A stretch of 64,000 bases of DNA, taken from Acidobacteriota bacterium (GTDB taxonomy: Bacteria; Acidobacteriota; UBA6911; RPQK01; JAJDTT01). Numbering within the stretch: position 1 is the stretch's first letter; each line of letters starts with the position of its first letter. The notes beneath the pieces were generated by a model, which did no database searches, was not told the DNA's origin, and saw only the letters and a list, made by a program, of their open reading frames with translations. Of the stretch, positions 58,026 to 64,000 are shown piece by piece. Both the position numbers and the translations under genes were made by a program. The stretch covers positions 5,760,001 through 5,824,000 of the forward strand of contig CBDCJH010000002.1 in assembly GCA_965217775.1 (NCBI GenBank), in the 5' to 3' direction.

Positions 58026-60202
58026 TCGAACGACTGAACCGTTTGCTCGGAAGTCTGCTGCAGAGTCGCTTTCGGATCTCGACGCAGCTCTACGCCACCA
58101 TCGGGGGCGCCGTCGCCCTGACCATTTCCGCGAGCCTGGTGGGCTGGTTTTCCTTCGATCGCGTGGGCGATCTCCAGAGTCGTGTCAACGAACTCCGCTT
58201 CCCGGAATTGGAGGCCGCGTTCGGCGTTGCCCAGTTCAGTGGAGTCCTGGTCGCGGCCGCACCGCGCCTGACCACGGCCGAAACGCAGGAGGACTTTAAC
58301 CAGGTTGCAGCCGGCATCGCGGAAGCGAATCAGGCGCTTGAGGACCAATTGGCCGTTCTGGAGCGCCAGGATTCGGCGGATGAACGCTTCCAGCGCATAC
58401 GTGCGCAGGCCGATACGCTGATATCCAACATCCGGGCGATTGAAACCGATATGTCCGCGATTTACGAGCTGGCCGATCGGAGTGCGGATCTGCGAACGGA
58501 ACTCTTGGATTTGCAAGGGCGTCTGCAGCGGGTGATTTTTCCGGCCGTCGACGATCAGTTCTTCTACACCATCACGGGGCACCGCACCCTGGGTGAACCT
58601 CCGGCCCCCCGTTGGAAACATTTTTCGGAAGCAGAGTTCGATCGTTTTCGTCATCTGACGGATCTTCTCGCGGACGCCAATACTGCAACCCAACTTCTGG
58701 AGAGCGCATTCACGGTTTCGGATGCCTTCTTGATTGAGCCTTTGAGAGACAAGTTCGAGGCCTCCCGCAACCGCATAGAACGGAGCCTTTCGACCTTGGA
58801 AGGATCCCAATTGGGTGGCCGGATCTCGTCTGATTTACAACGCCTGTTCGAGTTGGGGGCCGGGGAGGAGGGCTGCCTGAATCTGCTGGTCCGTCAACTC
58901 AGACTTACGGCGCGGCAGCGGGGACTCTTGGCGCGGAACCAGGAGATCACCATCGATCTGGTGACCGAAGTCGATGACCTGGTCAAAGCGTCGCAAGCGA
59001 GCGCGGCAGCCGACACTCAAGAATCCACACAGGCCATCCTGGCAGGCCGGACCCTCCTCGTCGCCATCAACGGGCTCAGCATCGTCGGCGCCGTGCTCAT
59101 CGCCTGGCTGATTGTGGGCCGGATATTGCTCCGCCGTCTGGCGCTGTTGTCGCAGCGCATGCGGCGAATGGCCGGCGGAGAACTGGAAGGCAAGGTCGAG
59201 ATCGAAGGGAGGGACGAGGTAGCCGACATGGCTGCGGCCCTTGAGGTGTTTCGCCGTCACGCGCTGGAGGTTCAGCGTCTGAACTTGGTGGAGAAGCTGG
59301 CGGAGGAGTTGCGCGGTAAGAACGCCCAATTGGAGAGCGTGCTCGCGGACTTGCGGAAGGCTCAGGACCAGATCGTCATGCGTGAAAAGCTGGCGGCGCT
59401 CGGTGAGCTCACAGCGGGCGTCGCCCATGAGATCAAGAATCCCTTGAACTTCGTCAAGAACTTCGCGGAGGCGTCGGAGGAACTCCTGGAGGAACTCCAG
59501 GAAATCCTCGAAGCAGAGAGCGAAAAATTTAAAGCGGACGACCGCGAGTTGGTCGAGGAATTGATTCAGGATCTCAACGATAATCTTCGGCGCATCCACT
59601 CACACGGTGAACGGGCCAACCGCATCGTTCACGACATGCTCATGATGGGACGCGGCTCAGGCGAGTGGCAGGTGATCGACGTCAACAATCTGCTCGATGA
59701 ACACACCCGGCTCGCCTACCATAGCGCCAGGGCGACCGATCCTGACTTCCAACTCCACATGCAGATGAGTCTGGATCCGGAGACGGGTCAGTTCGAAGTC
59801 GTTCCGCAGGACATGGGCCGGGTGTTTCTGAACATGGTGGGCAACGCCTGCTACGCGACCGATCAGAAACGGCGCGCGGCTGTCGAGGCGGGGAAAGATT
59901 TTTTCGCCTACATGCCCACTCTGTGGGTCGCCACCCGGCGTCTCGATGACCGGGTCGAGGTCCGGATCAAGGATAATGGGAACGGAATCCCACCCGAGAT
60001 CGTGGACAAGATCTTCAATCCGTTCTTCACGACGAAGCCGACCGACCAGGGAACAGGGCTGGGCCTTGCTCTTTCCAACGACATCGTGCGGGAGCATGGG
60101 GGATCCATTCGAGTGGAAACCGAACCCGGCGAGTTCACCGAAATGATTGTCGAGGTCCCCGCGATGCGGCCCGTTGCCATGGAAGGGGCTCCCGGGCAAT
60201 AG
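58022..60202 (+). CDS. Sensor histidine kinase with helical TorS-like periplasmic domain and HAMP
   Basis: Two TM segments around a long helical sensor; GRDEV..MA.AL HAMP; GVAHEIKNPLNF H-box; DNG.GI, PFFTTK and GTGLGL. Confidence 0.92.
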   Translation: MIERLNRLLGSLLQSRFRISTQLYATIGGAVALTISASLVGWFSFDRVGDLQSRVNELRFPELEAAFGVAQFSGVLVAAAPRLTTAETQEDFNQVAAGIAEANQALEDQLAVLERQDSADERFQRIRAQADTLISNIRAIETDMSAIYELADRSADLRTELLDLQGRLQRVIFPAVDDQFFYTITGHRTLGEPPAPRWKHFSEAEFDRFRHLTDLLADANTATQLLESAFTVSDAFLIEPLRDKFEASRNRIERSLSTLEGSQLGGRISSDLQRLFELGAGEEGCLNLLVRQLRLTARQRGLLARNQEITIDLVTEVDDLVKASQASAAADTQESTQAILAGRTLLVAINGLSIVGAVLIAWLIVGRILLRRLALLSQRMRRMAGGELEGKVEIEGRDEVADMAAALEVFRRHALEVQRLNLVEKLAEELRGKNAQLESVLADLRKAQDQIVMREKLAALGELTAGVAHEIKNPLNFVKNFAEASEELLEELQEILEAESEKFKADDRELVEELIQDLNDNLRRIHSHGERANRIVHDMLMMGRGSGEWQVIDVNNLLDEHTRLAYHSARATDPDFQLHMQMSLDPETGQFEVVPQDMGRVFLNMVGNACYATDQKRRAAVEAGKDFFAYMPTLWVATRRLDDRVEVRIKDNGNGIPPEIVDKIFNPFFTTKPTDQGTGLGLALSNDIVREHGGSIRVETEPGEFTEMIVEVPAMRPVAMEGAPGQ

Positions 60203-60318
60203 CCGAGTTAGTCCCTGACCCGAGACCCTCCGGGTCACCATCGTTGCTGAAGCGGTAGTGGTGCCGGATAGCGAGATGTTCTAATATCGATCGCTATCTC
60301 CCTTCGCGAGTCGGCCAC

Positions 60319-61752
60319 ATGGAATTTCGATCCTACGACCTGGACGTCCAGTACTACGACGAAATGTTCCGTGCGGACGGCACTCCGCGAGAACATAGTC
60401 AATTACTGTACGAAGCCCTGAGCCGACTGTCGGTCGAGGAAGTCGGCAGCATTCAGGAACGCGTGACGAGTTCGTTCTCCCATGAAGGAATCACCTTTAC
60501 CGTTTACGGCGACGAAGAAGCCGAGGAGCGCATCATCCCCATCGACTGCGTTCCCCGAATTCTTTCGGGAGATGAGTGGCGCCAGTTGGAAGCCGGCCTG
60601 ACCCAGCGGCTCACGGCTCTGAACCATTTTCTGCAGGATATATACAACGAGGCTCGCATTATTGCGGACGGGGTCATCCCGTTGGACATGGTGCGGGGTT
60701 GTCCGCAGTACCGTCTGGAAATGCGTGGATTTTCGGCGCCCCATGGCGTCTGGGTCGGCGTCTGCGGAACCGACCTGGTCCGCACCCATGACGGATTCTG
60801 CGTGTTGGAAGACAATCTGCGGGTCCCCTCGGGGGTGTCGTACATGGTCGCCAACCGGAAGGCGGTGAAGGCCAGTCTTCGCCTCCTTTACCGAAACTCC
60901 CGGGTGAGAGAAGTGGAGCACTACGGACGAGTCCTGCTCCGGACCCTGCGAGAGCTGGCGCCCAAAGATCGGTCGGGAGCCTGCATCGTGCTGCTGACAC
61001 CCGGCGTCTACAATTCCGCGTTCTACGAGCACATATTTTTGGCAAACGAGATCGGTGCGGAATTGGTGGAAGGCCGTGACTTGTTGGTCAACGATGGCTA
61101 CGTGTACATGCGAACTACGGCGGGCCTGAAGCGCGTCGACGTGATTTACCGGCGTGTGGACGACGATTTTCTCGATCCTCTGGTATTTCGACCCGACTCT
61201 CTGCTGGGGGTCCCGGGGCTGATCCATGCCTACAAGCAGGGCAATGTTTCCCTGGTGAACGCGCCCGGTACCGGCGTCGCCGATGACAAGAGCGTTTATG
61301 CTTATGTGCCGGACATGGTCCGTTACTACTTGGGTGAAGAGCCGCTTTTGAACAACGTGAAGACTTGGATTTGCCGCCGGCCCGAAGAACTTGAATATGC
61401 GCTCGACAACCTGGAGAACCTGGTGGTGAAACGGGTAGGAGAGTCCGGCGGGTATGGCATGCTGGTCGGTCCGCACTCGACTCGCCAAGAGCGTGTCGAA
61501 TACGCGAAGCAGATGCAGGCCAACCCGGCCGATTTCATTGCGCAACCGGTATTGTCGCTCTCTCGCGCGCCCTGTGTCATCGACGGCCAGGCTGAACCGC
61601 GCCACGTCGATCTGCGTCCATTCGTTCTCAATGGCCGTCGGATTCGCATCGTCCCCGGAGCCTTCTGCCGCGTGGCGCTGCGCCGGGGCAGCCTGGTGGT
61701 GAACTCGAGTCAGGGCGGAGGCGGCAAGGACCTGTGGGTGTTGGAAGACTGA
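60319..61752 (+). CDS. Circularly permuted type 2 ATP-grasp protein
   Basis: YDEM, GITF.VY, LEDNLRVPSG.SY, NSAFYEH, IYRRVDDDFLDP, ADDK..Y, PRHVDLRPF and VVNSSQGGG.KD.WV motifs. Confidence 0.95.
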   Translation: MEFRSYDLDVQYYDEMFRADGTPREHSQLLYEALSRLSVEEVGSIQERVTSSFSHEGITFTVYGDEEAEERIIPIDCVPRILSGDEWRQLEAGLTQRLTALNHFLQDIYNEARIIADGVIPLDMVRGCPQYRLEMRGFSAPHGVWVGVCGTDLVRTHDGFCVLEDNLRVPSGVSYMVANRKAVKASLRLLYRNSRVREVEHYGRVLLRTLRELAPKDRSGACIVLLTPGVYNSAFYEHIFLANEIGAELVEGRDLLVNDGYVYMRTTAGLKRVDVIYRRVDDDFLDPLVFRPDSLLGVPGLIHAYKQGNVSLVNAPGTGVADDKSVYAYVPDMVRYYLGEEPLLNNVKTWICRRPEELEYALDNLENLVVKRVGESGGYGMLVGPHSTRQERVEYAKQMQANPADFIAQPVLSLSRAPCVIDGQAEPRHVDLRPFVLNGRRIRIVPGAFCRVALRRGSLVVNSSQGGGGKDLWVLED

Positions 61753-61832
61753 GTGGACGGCGTCGGGAGGTGAGTGCGGCGCCCGGCGAATGATCCTGCT
61801 GTGATGACTCGACTGCGACTTGGGAGGGAGCA

Positions 61833-63221
61833 ATGAGAGAAGGAGCGAAGACGCCGCTGCACAGACGGTTGGTGCGGGGCGTGGCAGGGAAACTGTTGCT
61901 GGTGGTGATCTGTCTGCTCTGCGGGACGGCGGCGGCGCAGGCGGCGGTGGACGAAGAGGTGCTGTACGTGTTCAACACCTTCTCGTTCATGATCTGGGGC
62001 GCCATGGTGATGTGGATGTGCGCCGGGTTCACGATGCTGGAGTCGGGATCGGTGCGGACCAAGAACGCCTCCATGATCTGCATGAAGAACATCGGGCTGT
62101 ACTCGATCGCGGGGCTGGCCTACTACGTGATCGGGTACAACCTGATGTACACGGACGTGGGGAGCGTGATCGGGTCGTTCAAATTGCTGTACGGGCCGTC
62201 GGCGGAAGATCTGGCGCTGGTGGCGGGCCAGGACGGGGCGGCGGCCGCGGTGACGGGGGCCGACAGCAAGTACTCGACCATGTCGGACTGGTTTTTCCAG
62301 ATGGTGTTCGTGGCGACGGCGGCGTCGATCGTCTCGGGGGCGCTGGCCGAGCGGGTGAAGATGTGGTCGTTTTTCGTGTTCGTGGCGGTGCTGACGGCGG
62401 TGATCTACCCGGTGGTGGGCGCGTGGACCTGGGGCGGCGGCTGGCTGAACGCGATGGGATTCCAGGATTTCGCCGGTTCCACGATCGTGCACAGTACGGG
62501 CGGCTGGGCCGCGTTGGCGGGGATCCTGATCGTGGGGCCGCGGCTGGGCAAGTACCGGAAGGACGGGACGGTGAAGCCGACGCCGCCGTCGAACGTGATC
62601 CTGGTGACGCTGGGGGTGTTCATCCTCTGGTTCGGGTGGTTCGGATTCAACGGCGGGTCGCAGTTGGCGCTGGGGAGCGCGGCGGACGCGATGGCGATGA
62701 GCCACGTGCTGGTGAACACGAACCTGGCGGCGGCGGCCGGGGTGGTGACGGCCCTGATCGTGTCGCGGCCGATCCTGGGACGCAATGACCTGTTCGCGAC
62801 GTTGAACGGGGCGATAGCGGGCCTGGTGGCGATCACGGCGGGACCGGACATCGTGTCGCACCACTGGTCGATCATCATCGGCGCCATCGGAGCCATCCTG
62901 TGCACGGCGGGGATCAAGTTCCTGGAGAAGTTCAAGATCGACGACGTGGTGGGGGCGGTGCCGGCGCACCTGTTTGCGGGGACCTGGGGAACGATCGCGG
63001 TCTGCATCGCGGCGGGCGGCAACATCGGGGTCCAGTTGCTGGGCATCTTGGCGGTGGGTGCGTTCGTATTCGCGACTTCACTGATCGTGTGGAAGGTACT
63101 GGCGGTGACGATGGGCGTTCGGGTGTCGGCCCAGGTGGAACGGCTGGGACAGGACGTGGGCGAGCTGGGCATGGAAGCCTATCCCGAGTTCGTCCTCATG
63201 CCTGAAGAACTGGACGACTAG
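61833..63221 (+). CDS. amt: Ammonium transporter (Amt family)
   Basis: M.AGF.MLE.G.VR.KN, FFQMVF.AT..SIVSGA.AER, DFAGSTIVH, W.GW.GFNGGS and IDD.VGA.P.H motifs. Confidence 0.96.
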   Translation: MREGAKTPLHRRLVRGVAGKLLLVVICLLCGTAAAQAAVDEEVLYVFNTFSFMIWGAMVMWMCAGFTMLESGSVRTKNASMICMKNIGLYSIAGLAYYVIGYNLMYTDVGSVIGSFKLLYGPSAEDLALVAGQDGAAAAVTGADSKYSTMSDWFFQMVFVATAASIVSGALAERVKMWSFFVFVAVLTAVIYPVVGAWTWGGGWLNAMGFQDFAGSTIVHSTGGWAALAGILIVGPRLGKYRKDGTVKPTPPSNVILVTLGVFILWFGWFGFNGGSQLALGSAADAMAMSHVLVNTNLAAAAGVVTALIVSRPILGRNDLFATLNGAIAGLVAITAGPDIVSHHWSIIIGAIGAILCTAGIKFLEKFKIDDVVGAVPAHLFAGTWGTIAVCIAAGGNIGVQLLGILAVGAFVFATSLIVWKVLAVTMGVRVSAQVERLGQDVGELGMEAYPEFVLMPEELDD

Positions 63222-63344
63222 GAGTCTGCGCGGTAGAAATGATCGTAGCGAGAAAGTGGTCTACCGCTTTCGCAGTAGATCAATTTCTGCGGTGCAGGCT
63301 CCTGGTTCGACGAATAATCGGGGTTGATCGGCAGGAGATCCAGG

Positions 63345-64000
63345 TTGCTTTCGCGCAACGCCCAAGGTCTGTATTGGATGGGCCGTTACCTTGAGAGGGC
63401 GGAGTATCTCTCCCGCCTGTTGCGACTGCAGGTCGAGGCTCTGGTGGATCGGCCGATTCGTGAGATCCACTTTGGGTGGAGCCGTATCTACATCAGTCTG
63501 AACCGGCATCCGCCCGGGGGGCCCCTGGAGCTTCTGGGAGGCGAGGAGGACGATCCTTTAGGCGATTCCTATACGCTGGCCGATTCCTACACCTTGGCCG
63601 ACGATCTCACTTTCGAAAGGTCGAATCCCGATTCGGTATTCAGTTGTTTCGCCATGGGCCGTGAAAACGCCCGCCAGATGCGCAATCGGATCAGTGCCGA
63701 GATGTGGAGTTGTCTGAACCGGGCTTATCTGCGGCTCCAGGACATGACCATCCAGAAGATCTGGAAGGTCTCCCCGGAGAATTTCTACGTGGCAACGGCG
63801 CGTGACATCGACACCTTCAACGGGGTCGCGGAAGTGACCATGTATCGTGATGAAGGCTGGCGTTTCTGGCGGCTGGGGCGCGCCATCGAACGGTCCCAGT
63901 CCTCGGCCGGGTTGTTTCTGGCCCAAATGAACGCCGGCCGTCGGCTCGACTCGTCTTTGGGAGAGGACTGGACCGGTCTTCTGCGCTTCTGTCAGGCGTT
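63345..64000 (+). CDS. Alpha-E domain-containing protein (DUF403), partial
   Basis: Manual translation from TTG 63345 (AGGAG upstream): MLSRNAQGLYWMGRYLERAE...NPDSV..C...GRENAR.MR..IS.EMW...LGRAIER. It runs off the window end. Confidence 0.92.
   Translation, partial: MLSRNAQGLYWMGRYLERAEYLSRLLRLQVEALVDRPIREIHFGWSRIYISLNRHPPGGPLELLGGEEDDPLGDSYTLADSYTLADDLTFERSNPDSVFSCFAMGRENARQMRNRISAEMWSCLNRAYLRLQDMTIQKIWKVSPENFYVATARDIDTFNGVAEVTMYRDEGWRFWRLGRAIERSQSSAGLFLAQMNAGRRLDSSLGEDWTGLLRFCQA

Overview
High-GC bacterial chromosomal window, mostly accessory or catabolic genes. Many carry Tat or lipoprotein signals, and the gene content resembles environmental Acidobacteriota (an inference). The main signal is at the left end. 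An IS110-family (DEDD) recombinase element (about 216-1805, minus strand) sits at a CT core inside a ~158-bp MITE-like repeat, and four more full copies of that repeat occur in the window. The non-coding left end of the IS contains a bridge-RNA-like structure (about 1236-1390). Its two internal loops carry guides matching the flanking MITE target and the element's own donor ends, including handshake-type dinucleotides. The left end is unusually long and has a core-bounded 72/73-bp tandem duplication. The rest of the window holds a VapBC-type toxin-antitoxin pair, duplicated Tat-exported 420-aa proteins, many beta-propeller/BNR/hydrolase-like secreted proteins, an RND pump, L-threonine aldolase, mddA, a sulfatase and a PadR locus. 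It also has two partner-switching (STAS/RsbW) modules flanking hpnCDE, a binding-protein/TorS-like kinase pair, and a circularly permuted ATP-grasp + amt + alpha-E operon. No rRNA, tRNA or CRISPR array was seen. All product calls come from motif recognition by eye; no database searches were run.
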